DNA from: Bdellovibrio sp.
GTDB taxonomy: Bacteria > Bdellovibrionota > Bdellovibrionia > Bdellovibrionales > Bdellovibrionaceae
Assembly (NCBI GenBank): GCA_036676395.1
Contig: JAKFCY010000002.1
Location: 1,824,001 to 1,888,000 of the forward strand
DNA: 64,000 bases
Direction of reading: 5' to 3'
Positions within the stretch are counted from its first letter, which is position 1; every line of letters starts with the position of its first letter. Below the pieces are notes generated by a model. It worked only from the letters and a program-made list of their open reading frames with translations. It had not been told where the DNA came from and did not search any database. Below, piece after piece: positions 28,978-38,937 of this stretch. Made by a program: the position numbers and the translations under genes.

Positions 28978-29898
28978 ATGAAAAAATTGAATGCGCAACA
29001 ACGATCTGTCATCCAAAAATGGGCTCTTTACGGGCTATTGCTTTTCATTGGCTTTACCGCAGCCGATCTTGGAATTATCTATGTGCGTGAATATTTTATT
29101 CCACAATCTGCGCCTCCGAAAAAAGCGCCAAAACAACAAACCTCTGGTTACGTCGATCGCAGTCAATATTCAACAATTACGAATAGAAATTTATTTTCGT
29201 CTTCGGGCACAATCCCCGATGCACTCGCCGCCGTAAACGCTGCGCAGGAAGAGCAAGCAGAAGATATTCCGGTGCAATCAAGCTTACCTTTAAATTTAAT
29301 CGGCACCCTGGTTCATACTGATCCATCAAAATCAGTTGCAGCTATTGAAGTAAAATCAAAAAATATGTCTGGCTCATATATGGTGGGCGCAGAAATTGAA
29401 AACATGGCTAAAATTGAAAAAGTCGAACGCGGCATCGTGTATTTCAGAAATCTAAACAATGGCGCCTTAGAATATATTGAAATCAGCCGCGGCAATTCAA
29501 AAGTAAATTTTGATTCAGGTAAAGCGGCTGCTCCTGTAAAAGCTGGTGGCAAAGAAATTCAAGCTATTGGCAACAACACATTTCGCGTAAAGCGTGCTGA
29601 CTTAAATAAATATTTAAACGATTTATCTGGTTTACTAATGCAAGCACGCGCGCTTCCGAATCGCGATCCAAATACGGGTGAAATCAATGGCTATCGTTTA
29701 GTTGATTACCAACCAGGGTCAATCTTTGAACAAATGGGCTTACCTCGCGGCACTTTAATTAAGTCGGCTGGTGGAGAGCCTGTGAACAGCATTCAAAGCG
29801 CTATGGAAATGTTTAATAAATTAAAAAAAGAAAGCAAAGTTAAACTTGGGGTTGAGGTCAATGGATCTGAGCAAGATTTTAACTATGAAATTCAGTAA
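28978..29898 (+). CDS. gspC: T2SS protein C
   Basis: TM segment, RNLF, LNLIGT HR domain, C-terminal PDZ-like GYRL; first gene of the cluster. Confidence 0.85.
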   Translation: MKKLNAQQRSVIQKWALYGLLLFIGFTAADLGIIYVREYFIPQSAPPKKAPKQQTSGYVDRSQYSTITNRNLFSSSGTIPDALAAVNAAQEEQAEDIPVQSSLPLNLIGTLVHTDPSKSVAAIEVKSKNMSGSYMVGAEIENMAKIEKVERGIVYFRNLNNGALEYIEISRGNSKVNFDSGKAAAPVKAGGKEIQAIGNNTFRVKRADLNKYLNDLSGLLMQARALPNRDPNTGEINGYRLVDYQPGSIFEQMGLPRGTLIKSAGGEPVNSIQSAMEMFNKLKKESKVKLGVEVNGSEQDFNYEIQ

Positions 29899-29906
29899 AG
29901 AGGTAT

Positions 29907-32252
29907 ATGATGGCCTTTAAAAGAAGTCTAATTACAACAGCTGTAATTACTAGTTTTTTAGCTTCACAATTAACAGGAAGTTATTGTTTTGCTCAGTTTG
30001 AGGATTTTCCCCCTCCACCACCTATTGATGATTTTGCGGCACCTTCGGTAGGAGAAGTTCCTCCTCCTCCGCCACCCGTTCCCAACATAGGTGGCAACCG
30101 CGTCGGAACAGCGCCAATAGGATCTGGCCCGGCAAAAGTGATTTCTGCTAAAGGAACTAAATCTACGGTTTTATCTGACAAACAGCGTGATAAGTTTGCC
30201 AAAGCCGGCCCAGAAGATATCACTTCTGAAAACTTTCCAGAAACTATTGAATCTTTCGATTTTCCGAACGTAGATATCACAGATATTATCAAAGCCATTT
30301 CTGAATTAACCGGAAAAAACTTTATTATCGACTCTACTGTTCGTGGAAAAATCACGATCATTGCTCCAAGTAAAATTACTGTAGCTGAAGCTTACAAAGC
30401 GTTCTTATCATCTTTGGCGATCAACGGTTTTACGATTGTTCCTTCTGGTGGTTTCTTAAAAATTAGAAATGCAAGATCGGCGCAACGTGACGGTATTGAT
30501 ATCTATTCTGGATCGTATTATCCGAATGCCGATCAAATGATTACTAAAGTTGTGCACTTAAAGCATATCTCGGCTGAAACTTTAAAACAGCAATTAGGTC
30601 GTCTACTAAATTCTTCTTACGGTGAAATCGAAGCCTACCCGCAGACGAACTCGATGATTATTTCTGATTTCGGTTCTTCGATTGATCGTATTATGAAAAT
30701 CATCAACCAATTAGATGTTCCGGGATTTGAAGAGCAATTAGAAGTTGTTGGCATCAAATACGCTAAGTCTAAAGATATCGCTGATCTTATCGATAAAATC
30801 GTTAATAAAGGCCAAAAACCTGCAAGCACAGGTGGTTTTAATGCCGGCGTTCCTCGTTTCAGCGGCGGTGGTGCAAGCACTGGCGGCAAATCTGGTGGAG
30901 CAGCATCGTTTCTGGTATTTCCGGATGATCGTACGAACTCTTTAATCATCGTAGGTAACCGCCCAGGTATCGCGCGTGTTAAAAGATTAGTGGCACAATT
31001 AGATTTTAAAGTTCGCGCTGAAGATCAAGGTGGCGTTTATGTTTATTACGTTAAACATGGTAATGCCGAAGATATCGCAAAAACTTTAAGTGAAGTGGCG
31101 AAAGAATCTGCTCCGAAAGCTGCTCCTACTGGTGGTTTTGGTTTTCAGGCGCAAGGACAAGCTGCAGTTCGTGAAGGTTTATTTGGCGGCGAAGTTTCAA
31201 TTAAGTCTGATAAAAATACGAATGCTTTAGTTGTTTCTGCAAGCAAGCAAGATTACGAAAAAGTTTTATCTATCTTAAACAAATTAGATATTCCACGCGA
31301 TCAGGTGTTTGTTGAAGCAATCATTATGGAAATGAACATGTCTGATGGTATCGAATCAGGCGGTGGTTTAGTGCAATTTGGTAAAGACGGCGGTAAAGCC
31401 GGATTTGCTTCAAGTGATACCGATTTAGCTGCAGTTTTAAATCCATTGTCGGGCGCAGGCTCTGCGATCTTAGGATTCTCTTCTGGCCGGGTGACTGTTC
31501 CTAAAGACATCACTAACCCTGCTGGTGGCAGCATCGAAATTCCATCATTGTTAGGCTACCTAAAATTCGTAAAACAATTTGGTAAAACAAATATCTTATC
31601 AACGCCACAAATTATTGCGACCGATGCCCAAACAGCAACGATCGAAGTGGGTGATAAAGTTGTAACTCGTAATATCGTAACTCCTGGAGTAAATGGCGCA
31701 CCGTCGCAGTCTTCTCCTGAGTTTGGTGATGCGACGATCAAAATGGAAATCAAACCGTTTATTTCTCCGACATCGAATTCAATTCGTATGGAATTCAAAC
31801 AAACAATCAATCAGCTATCAAGCGTGCAGGTGCCGACAAGTTTTCAAGGGCAAGTGCAACCTTTAGCAACGCGCTCTATCAATACCAATGTTGTTCTAAA
31901 CAATGGAGACACTGCCGTCATCGGTGGATTGATGAAGGATGAAGACTCTGAAACAATCGCAAAAGTTCCTATTTTAGGGGACTTACCGATTTTAGGATGG
32001 TTTTTCAAATCAAAAAAATCAACTAAACGTAAAGTGAACATGTTGGTGTTTTTATCACCAAAAATTATTCGTAATCGCGCCGACAGCCAAAATCTGTTAA
32101 CCTACAAAACAGATGAACGCTTACGCTTCTTAAAACAAAACGGCGGTAAAGACCCTTATGGATCAACTATCGATAAAGTTTTAAAGCGCGATCGCGTGCC
32201 GCAATCAACCGGCGCTGCAGATAATGACATGCAGCCAGTGATTAAAAAATAA
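29907..32252 (+). CDS. gspD: T2SS secretin D
   Basis: LDIPRDQVFVEAIIME, NILSTPQI, KVPILGDLPILGWFF. Confidence 0.95.
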   Translation: MMAFKRSLITTAVITSFLASQLTGSYCFAQFEDFPPPPPIDDFAAPSVGEVPPPPPPVPNIGGNRVGTAPIGSGPAKVISAKGTKSTVLSDKQRDKFAKAGPEDITSENFPETIESFDFPNVDITDIIKAISELTGKNFIIDSTVRGKITIIAPSKITVAEAYKAFLSSLAINGFTIVPSGGFLKIRNARSAQRDGIDIYSGSYYPNADQMITKVVHLKHISAETLKQQLGRLLNSSYGEIEAYPQTNSMIISDFGSSIDRIMKIINQLDVPGFEEQLEVVGIKYAKSKDIADLIDKIVNKGQKPASTGGFNAGVPRFSGGGASTGGKSGGAASFLVFPDDRTNSLIIVGNRPGIARVKRLVAQLDFKVRAEDQGGVYVYYVKHGNAEDIAKTLSEVAKESAPKAAPTGGFGFQAQGQAAVREGLFGGEVSIKSDKNTNALVVSASKQDYEKVLSILNKLDIPRDQVFVEAIIMEMNMSDGIESGGGLVQFGKDGGKAGFASSDTDLAAVLNPLSGAGSAILGFSSGRVTVPKDITNPAGGSIEIPSLLGYLKFVKQFGKTNILSTPQIIATDAQTATIEVGDKVVTRNIVTPGVNGAPSQSSPEFGDATIKMEIKPFISPTSNSIRMEFKQTINQLSSVQVPTSFQGQVQPLATRSINTNVVLNNGDTAVIGGLMKDEDSETIAKVPILGDLPILGWFFKSKKSTKRKVNMLVFLSPKIIRNRADSQNLLTYKTDERLRFLKQNGGKDPYGSTIDKVLKRDRVPQSTGAADNDMQPVIKK

Positions 32253-32260
32253 GGATTTTA

Positions 32261-33952
32261 ATGGCTCAAATGGATATTCCTCTTTTATTAGGTAAATCGA
32301 CTAGTCTGACACCCGATCAGATTAAATCGGTTTTAAAAAATCCAGCCACTTCGCGCCCGATTAGCGTGGGTGAAACTTTATCCTCACGCGAATATGCAAC
32401 GGCTGATGATCTTGTGGCTGATTTATGCCGCGAGCTTGGTTTGGATTTTGTTAAAGATATCGCGGTTAGCGAAATTTCAGCTGACCTAGTTCGTGATATC
32501 CCGATCAATTACGCAAAAACCCAGGGCGTATTACCTTTTAAAGAAGAAACTGACACGTTATACGCCTTAACTTCAAATCCGGTAAATACAAAAGCTCTTG
32601 ATGATTTGCGTGCCCTCTTTGGTAAACGCATTCGCCCGATGGTTACAACATCACAGCGTTTACAAGAAGCTATTAATCGCGTTTATGAAAAATCGACTTC
32701 AAATATGTCTGGTATGGATGATATTGAAGATGATGAAATGGATTTAGAAGATCCAATCATCGATTTACTTGAAGCTGGCGAAGACGATGCGCCGGTGATT
32801 AAATTAGTGAATTCAGTTCTATTTCGCGCCGTTAAAGAAAAAGCTTCAGATATTCATATGGAGCCTTATGAAAAAGACATGGCCGTACGTTACCGTATCG
32901 ACGGTAATTTGTATGACGTGTTTAAACCACCTAAAAAATTACAAAATGCGATCACTTCCCGTATTAAAGTTATGGCCAATCTTAATATCGCCGAAAAACG
33001 CCTACCGCAAGATGGTCGTATTCCATTAAAAGTCGGCGGTAAAGATATTGATATTCGTCTTTCAACAGTGCCAACAACGCATGGTGAACGTATTGTAATG
33101 CGTCTTCAGGATAAATCATCACAAGTGCGTGAATTACATCATGCGGGTTTTTCTCAGGAGCTTTTAGATACCTTAGATAATATGATTGAAAGATCGTACG
33201 GAATTTTACTAGTCACCGGCCCTACTGGTTCTGGTAAATCGACTACGTTATACGGTTGTGTTTCTAAATTAAATAAACCTGATATTAATATTTTAACGAT
33301 CGAAGATCCGGTAGAGCAACGTATTCACGGTGTTGGCCAAGTGCAAGTGAACTCTAAAATCGGCCTTACCTTTGCTGCAGGATTAAGATCGTTTCTTCGT
33401 CAAGATCCAGACATCATCATGGTGGGAGAGATTCGTGACTTAGAAACTGCAGAACTTGCGATCAATTCATCATTAACGGGTCACTTAGTGTTATCTACGA
33501 TCCATGCCAATGATGCGGCCGGGGCTTTTCCACGTTTAATGGATATCGGTGCTGAGCCATTTTTAATTGCCACTTCGATTCTTGGAATTCTAGCACAACG
33601 TTTAGTGCGCGTATTATGCCCGCACTGTAAAGCGCCCCACACCCCGTCTGCTTTTGAATTAGAAACCTTAGGCATCACTGCCGAACAAGCCCGCGGTGCA
33701 AATATTTGTAAAGCGATGGGCTGTGAACACTGCGGCCAAAAAGGTTATGTCGGCCGTACGATTATCGCAGAACTTCTTCCAGTAACTGATGATATTAGAT
33801 CTTTAGTGATGCAACGTAAAGATGGTAACACCATCAAAAAACTAGCGGTCTCTAAAGGGTTTAAAACTTTTCGTGATCATGGTATTCAAAAAGTGATGGC
33901 GGGAATTACCACGATTGAAGAACTATTAACAAATACGCAGATTGATATTTAA
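32261..33952 (+). CDS. gspE: T2SS ATPase E
   Basis: ASDIH, GPTGSGKST, TIEDPVE, LRQDPD, tetra-Cys motif. Confidence 0.96.
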   Translation: MAQMDIPLLLGKSTSLTPDQIKSVLKNPATSRPISVGETLSSREYATADDLVADLCRELGLDFVKDIAVSEISADLVRDIPINYAKTQGVLPFKEETDTLYALTSNPVNTKALDDLRALFGKRIRPMVTTSQRLQEAINRVYEKSTSNMSGMDDIEDDEMDLEDPIIDLLEAGEDDAPVIKLVNSVLFRAVKEKASDIHMEPYEKDMAVRYRIDGNLYDVFKPPKKLQNAITSRIKVMANLNIAEKRLPQDGRIPLKVGGKDIDIRLSTVPTTHGERIVMRLQDKSSQVRELHHAGFSQELLDTLDNMIERSYGILLVTGPTGSGKSTTLYGCVSKLNKPDINILTIEDPVEQRIHGVGQVQVNSKIGLTFAAGLRSFLRQDPDIIMVGEIRDLETAELAINSSLTGHLVLSTIHANDAAGAFPRLMDIGAEPFLIATSILGILAQRLVRVLCPHCKAPHTPSAFELETLGITAEQARGANICKAMGCEHCGQKGYVGRTIIAELLPVTDDIRSLVMQRKDGNTIKKLAVSKGFKTFRDHGIQKVMAGITTIEELLTNTQIDI

Positions 33953-33954
33953 TT

Positions 33955-35175
33955 ATGCCATTATTTGAATACAAAGGTTTAAGTCGCGATGGAAAAACAG
34001 TCAGAGGCACTCTGGACTCTGACAACCTTCGCACGGCGCGCACCAAACTAAAAAAAGATGGCATCTTTGTTGTCGACATTAAAGATAAGAAAAAAGCCGC
34101 CGGCATTAAAAAATCGGCCATCCGCTCAACGGGCACTGTACCTGTTAAAGATTTATCTTTAATGACCCGCCAGTTAGCGACTTTAATTAAAGCTAATATT
34201 CCGTTAGTTGATGCTTTGACTGCAATTGCTGAGCAAGTTGAAAATCCGATTTTATCTGAAGCTATTTCTGACTGTAAGAATATGGTCAACGAGGGGCAAT
34301 CGCTTCATAAAGCCCTTTCAAAATATCCAAATGTTTTTGACACGATTTATATTTCGATGGCTGAAGCCGGCGAAATGTCAGGAACCCTTGATATTATTCT
34401 GCTTCGTTTAGCTGAATTTACCGAAGCCCAAGCTGAGCTTCGTCAACGTGTGGTCAGTGCTATGACCTACCCGATTATTATGTTGTGCGTGATCACCCTA
34501 GTGATGTTTGGTTTGTTTACAAAAGTATTACCTGAAATTTTAGCAATTTTTGATTCAATGCCTGATATGACTTTACCGGTTATGACTCAATACATTGCGG
34601 CAATCAGTAAAGTGTTTGTTGAGAGCTGGTATTGGATCGCTGGTTTTATTATTATTACAGTTTTAGTTTTCTTAAACTGGAAAAACTCTAAAGAAGGCCG
34701 TAAATCTTGGGATGCTATTATTCTTAAAATTCCAGTGGTGGGAGAAATCACACGCATGGTCGCCATTTCACGCTTCACTCGCACGTTAGCCACCTTACTG
34801 GCCGGCGGTGTGCCTATGCTTAACGCTATGGATATCGTTCGTAACGTGGTCGATAACCACGTTTTAGCGTTGGCTATTGATGAAGCTAAGAGCAATATTT
34901 CTGAGGGGGAATCGATTGCTGGACCTTTAAAAAAATCAAACCAGTTCCCGCCTATCGTAGTTCACATGGTGAATATCGGCGAAAAAACTGGCGATTTAGA
35001 AAATATGCTGTCTTTAGTCGCGGATGCGTACGATTTTCAGGTTAAATCAAAAGTAGATGGTTTAACAACATTGCTAAATCCAATCATGACTTTGTTGATT
35101 GGTATTGTGATCTTTGTCATAGTAATATCTATTATTGTTCCGATGTTCGATATGACATCTAAATTAGGAGGATAA
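33955..35175 (+). CDS. gspF: T2SS inner-membrane platform F
   Basis: TRQLATLI, AGEMSGTL, GEKTGDLE. Confidence 0.94.
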   Translation: MPLFEYKGLSRDGKTVRGTLDSDNLRTARTKLKKDGIFVVDIKDKKKAAGIKKSAIRSTGTVPVKDLSLMTRQLATLIKANIPLVDALTAIAEQVENPILSEAISDCKNMVNEGQSLHKALSKYPNVFDTIYISMAEAGEMSGTLDIILLRLAEFTEAQAELRQRVVSAMTYPIIMLCVITLVMFGLFTKVLPEILAIFDSMPDMTLPVMTQYIAAISKVFVESWYWIAGFIIITVLVFLNWKNSKEGRKSWDAIILKIPVVGEITRMVAISRFTRTLATLLAGGVPMLNAMDIVRNVVDNHVLALAIDEAKSNISEGESIAGPLKKSNQFPPIVVHMVNIGEKTGDLENMLSLVADAYDFQVKSKVDGLTTLLNPIMTLLIGIVIFVIVISIIVPMFDMTSKLGG

Positions 35176-35181
35176 ATCCAC

Positions 35182-35649
35182 ATGCTAAATTTGTTTAAAT
35201 CTCAACGTTCTTTATCTACTACAATTTCGACTCCACTGAACAACTCAAAAGGTTTCTCGCTTGGAGAAATCATGATCGTATTAGTGATCATCGGCGGCAT
35301 CATGGCCATCGTATTACCCAAAATTCAAGATGGTCAGAAAAAAAGTCAGGTCAATCAAACAAAAATGAAAATGACCGAAGTCACGACTAAACTTAATGAG
35401 TATTATGCTGAATGTAGCAAATACCCAGCGTCTTTATCTTTTATTACTGATGACGATGCTGATTGCAAAAATTGGACATCAAACCCAAAACTAAAACATC
35501 TTTTAAAAGATGCTTGGGGATCTGAATTCCAATACGGCACTGCCGGCAATGGTTATAACTTAAGTTCATTAGGTGCTGATAAAAAAGCTGGCGGTTCTTC
35601 TTTCGATAAAGATCTATTCTCTGACGAATCAGTTGGCGGCGAAGAGTAA
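35182..35649 (+). CDS. gspG: Major pseudopilin G
   Basis: G|FSLGE prepilin motif; DAWG, SLGAD. Confidence 0.88.
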   Translation: MLNLFKSQRSLSTTISTPLNNSKGFSLGEIMIVLVIIGGIMAIVLPKIQDGQKKSQVNQTKMKMTEVTTKLNEYYAECSKYPASLSFITDDDADCKNWTSNPKLKHLLKDAWGSEFQYGTAGNGYNLSSLGADKKAGGSSFDKDLFSDESVGGEE

Positions 35650-35650
35650 T

Positions 35651-36253
35651 TTGAACTCTGCTAACAACCGGGGATTCTCGCTGATTGAAATTATCATTGT
35701 GATAATGATTATCGGCGGAGTCCTTTCTATGTCGCTTTCGCGAATGTCGTTTGGCAAAAAAGTTGATAATCGCACCGTCTTTCGCGACATCGTAATTGCG
35801 GTCAAAGAAGTGCGCAATCGCGCCAAGCTCTACAACACCAACTACCGCTTAGTTTTTAAAATTGACGAAAAAGAATCTAGCTTTTGGTTAGAAAAATCAA
35901 TTTCTCCTACTCTGATTGATAAAGAATTTTTAGCCAAACAACGCGAACGTGGCAATAAAGAAGACGAGGGTGCTCCGCCTTCGCCTTATCAAGTCGACAC
36001 CGGTTATCTTAAAAAAGAAAAAGTACTTGCTTCAGGTTACCTTGTTAAACAGCTGGAAAGTGGCCCGCAAGATGCGGTCTTCACTGAGGGCATGGTCTAC
36101 ATTCATATTTTTCCGACTGGCATGGTTGAACCCGTAGCCTTACAAATTCAGGACCCAAGAAAAAACATCTGGACGCTTGTCTTTAACCCGCTCACAGGTC
36201 AAGCTGATATTATAGAGGGTGCAAAATCATTACGTGATTTAAGCCGTCAATAA
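35651..36253 (+). CDS. gspH: Minor pseudopilin H-like
   Basis: G|FSLIE motif; likely TTG start just after the gspG stop. Confidence 0.72.
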   Translation: MNSANNRGFSLIEIIIVIMIIGGVLSMSLSRMSFGKKVDNRTVFRDIVIAVKEVRNRAKLYNTNYRLVFKIDEKESSFWLEKSISPTLIDKEFLAKQRERGNKEDEGAPPSPYQVDTGYLKKEKVLASGYLVKQLESGPQDAVFTEGMVYIHIFPTGMVEPVALQIQDPRKNIWTLVFNPLTGQADIIEGAKSLRDLSRQ

Positions 36254-36282
36254 GTTGTGCTGAAAGCGCACCAATAATATTA

Positions 36283-36801
36283 GTGAAGATGAAATTAAAG
36301 AATAAAAAAGCCTTTACCTTAATCGAAGTCGTTCTTGCTATGATGATCATGGCATCGGGGATGTTTATTTTAACAAACTCTTGGGCTGGCACATACAACC
36401 GTTTAAAAAAAACGCAAACTCAAGTACAATTAGCAGCGCTGTTAGAGCGCAAGATTGTCGAGCTTGAGCGCGAATTTAAAACCCAAACTCTAGATGCCAT
36501 CAAAGAAGAAGATGCTGGTGATTTCGGATCTGAACTTGAAGGTTACTCGTGGGAAATGAAATCGCAAAAAGTCGAATTTCCTGATCTTTCAGGAATTATT
36601 GGCGGTGTCGGTGATAATCAAAACTTAGATTTAATCTCGATCATGAAAATTTTCACCGAGCATTTATCTAAATCAGTTAAAGAAGTTAAAGTTGCTGTAA
36701 CCTACAAAGACAAAAAAAAGCCGGTCACTGTTGATGTGGTATTTTACGTTATAGATTACGACAAGCCACTCCCTTTACCAGGAGGTACCGGTGGGTCGTA
36801 A
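36283..36801 (+). CDS. gspI: Minor pseudopilin I-like
   Basis: A|FTLIEV motif; gene order. Confidence 0.72.
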   Translation: MKMKLKNKKAFTLIEVVLAMMIMASGMFILTNSWAGTYNRLKKTQTQVQLAALLERKIVELEREFKTQTLDAIKEEDAGDFGSELEGYSWEMKSQKVEFPDLSGIIGGVGDNQNLDLISIMKIFTEHLSKSVKEVKVAVTYKDKKKPVTVDVVFYVIDYDKPLPLPGGTGGS

Positions 36802-37624
36802 AGCCTTTACTTTAATTGAAGTGATTTTAGCAATTAGTATTTTAGCGACGCTGACAGTACTTGTCGCAACAACATTAGGCAATGCCTTAAGAGCGCGTAC
36901 AAAAATTCAAGCTGAAGTGCAAGATGTATCCGGTCTTCGCGATGCGATTAAAATTATGCGTGCTGATTTATACCAAGCGTACAATCACTATGATTTTGAA
37001 AAAGAAATTTTAGACGCCGCTAAAAAAACTACAGCGAAACCAGGACAGCCGCCTCCAGCGACACTTCCTCCACCGTGGAATGACCCTAATGCAGCACCGG
37101 CGCGCGAAAATAAACGTGAAGATCCAAAAACGGATTTTGTTGGCGATAGTGAACAAGTTAACTTTGTGACTTTAAATAACGGACGTTTTTTAGCTAATGA
37201 TATCCAGGCTGATTTTGTTGAAGTTGGCTATGCCCTTAAAGGTTGTAAAAATTTAACTAAAGACACTTCAAGCCAATGTTTATTTCGGCGTGTGCAAAAA
37301 GTTTTAGATGCAGATGTAACTAAAGGTGGCACTGAATCGGTGTTACTAGAAAACGTCAAAGAATTCAAACTTCGCTATACCGGCGAAAGCAAAAAAGACT
37401 GGCAAAAAGAATGGAAAACCGTTGGTGGCCAAGATGATTCTGTAAAAGGAATTTTTCCTGACGCTGTTGAAATCACTTTAGCTATTGAGCGCGAATTAAA
37501 CGGCAAAAAGCGTGAATACTCTTTGCAATATGTTGTGCCATTGCACTTTCCAAATAATTCAAAAAAATCGACTGGCACCTCTGGTGCGCAGGGCACAGCG
37601 CCCACTCCTACAGGAGGCCAGTAA
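36791..37624 (+). CDS. gspJ: Minor pseudopilin J-like
   Basis: A|FTLIEV; C-terminal W...W...PDAVEI. Confidence 0.75.
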   Translation: MGRKAFTLIEVILAISILATLTVLVATTLGNALRARTKIQAEVQDVSGLRDAIKIMRADLYQAYNHYDFEKEILDAAKKTTAKPGQPPPATLPPPWNDPNAAPARENKREDPKTDFVGDSEQVNFVTLNNGRFLANDIQADFVEVGYALKGCKNLTKDTSSQCLFRRVQKVLDADVTKGGTESVLLENVKEFKLRYTGESKKDWQKEWKTVGGQDDSVKGIFPDAVEITLAIERELNGKKREYSLQYVVPLHFPNNSKKSTGTSGAQGTAPTPTGGQ

Positions 37625-38889
37625 TGTCATTCTTGCAAAGATTAAGATTTAATCCTCTTCGTGAAAGAAAAAAATCTTCCAAAAAAGGCGTAGCCCTTAT
37701 CCTGGCTATGACGTCGTTACTTTTAATGGTGTGGGTGGCCAGCGAGGTTTCAACCGATTCTACTATTGAATACGTGGTGAATTCACAAGAAATCAACCGT
37801 ATTAAAGCTTTTTATTCAGCCCGCAGCTCTTTAGATTTAGCTCTTTTACGCATTAAAGTTTACCAACAGGCTTCAAGAATGAATTTACCTCCAGGCTTTG
37901 CGCAACAAATAAATATGGTTTGGAGTTTTCCGTTTGCGTGGCCTCTCCCGATTGGGCCCGACGCATCTATTGCTGCAAAAGACGATATCGAAGGGGCTGC
38001 AAAAGCTTCGATTTTTGACGGCCAGTACACTCATACGATCACTGATGAAGGTTCAAAAGTTGACGTGAATGATTTAGCTTCGCCGTCAAAAACATTACGC
38101 GAGATCACGAAAAAGCAGATCTTAACAATTTTTGAAGCCAAACTGCAAAACGATGATAAATTTCGCGATGCTTATGGCAATTATAATTTTGGTGAGTTAG
38201 TTAATCGCATTGCCGATTGGATGAGCGAGAAAAACTCTTCTGAAAATGGCGGCGATAAACGCCAACCGTTTCAAGGATTAGGCGACACCTACCCGCCAAA
38301 TCGCGGCTTTCGTACGCTTGATGAAATGCGTTTAGTTCCGGGAATGACCGAAGAATTTTTTGCGCTGATGTCACCCTCTGTAACTATTTACGGATCAAAA
38401 GCTATTAACCCAAATACGGCAGCTAAAGATGTGATTAAATCTCTTGATCCCGGCATGACCGAAGAAGCGATCAGAGACGCTATCGAGCGTCGTGACGACG
38501 AAGAAAAAGGCGGGCCATTCAAGGGCGCTTCCTCTGATGAATGCCGCACTGATTTTAAAAATTTCGTTGAAGGCCGTGGCGCAAGACTGCTTCCTGAATT
38601 TGATAAAATTCCATTTCAATGTGATAGCGTTGTGAATTTTAAAATCGAGTCGGTCGGAATGACCGGTTCTGGCAAAGGTGCGGTTCAGAAAAAAATCACA
38701 GCCTATGTGATGAACACGCAAAAAGCAGCCGCGACGATCAAAGGTTATTTAGAAAAAGAGAAAAAAGAACAAGAAGCCGCCAGCGGAAATCCGCCAGCAA
38801 ATCCACCACCTGGATCTAAGCCCAGTGCACCCGCGCAAGAAGCACTTCCCAAAGGTCGCCCTCGTATCGTATACTGGGTTGAGCAGTAG
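37624..38889 (+). CDS. gspK: Minor pseudopilin K
   Basis: G|VALI, DEGSKVDVN, EMRLVPGM, INPNTA. Confidence 0.85.
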   Translation: MSFLQRLRFNPLRERKKSSKKGVALILAMTSLLLMVWVASEVSTDSTIEYVVNSQEINRIKAFYSARSSLDLALLRIKVYQQASRMNLPPGFAQQINMVWSFPFAWPLPIGPDASIAAKDDIEGAAKASIFDGQYTHTITDEGSKVDVNDLASPSKTLREITKKQILTIFEAKLQNDDKFRDAYGNYNFGELVNRIADWMSEKNSSENGGDKRQPFQGLGDTYPPNRGFRTLDEMRLVPGMTEEFFALMSPSVTIYGSKAINPNTAAKDVIKSLDPGMTEEAIRDAIERRDDEEKGGPFKGASSDECRTDFKNFVEGRGARLLPEFDKIPFQCDSVVNFKIESVGMTGSGKGAVQKKITAYVMNTQKAAATIKGYLEKEKKEQEAASGNPPANPPPGSKPSAPAQEALPKGRPRIVYWVEQ

Positions 38890-38937
38890 GCTCACGCCGA
38901 ACAGAGCAGTAAAGCATATACAACACGGAAGGACAAC

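Noticed and set aside
30008..30080. CCT/CCA trinucleotide runs as a contingency repeat
   Set aside because: In-frame poly-proline coding in gspD with mixed codons
35573..35650. Long gspH N-terminus overlapping gspG
   Set aside because: A TTG at 35651 gives a normal short prepilin leader
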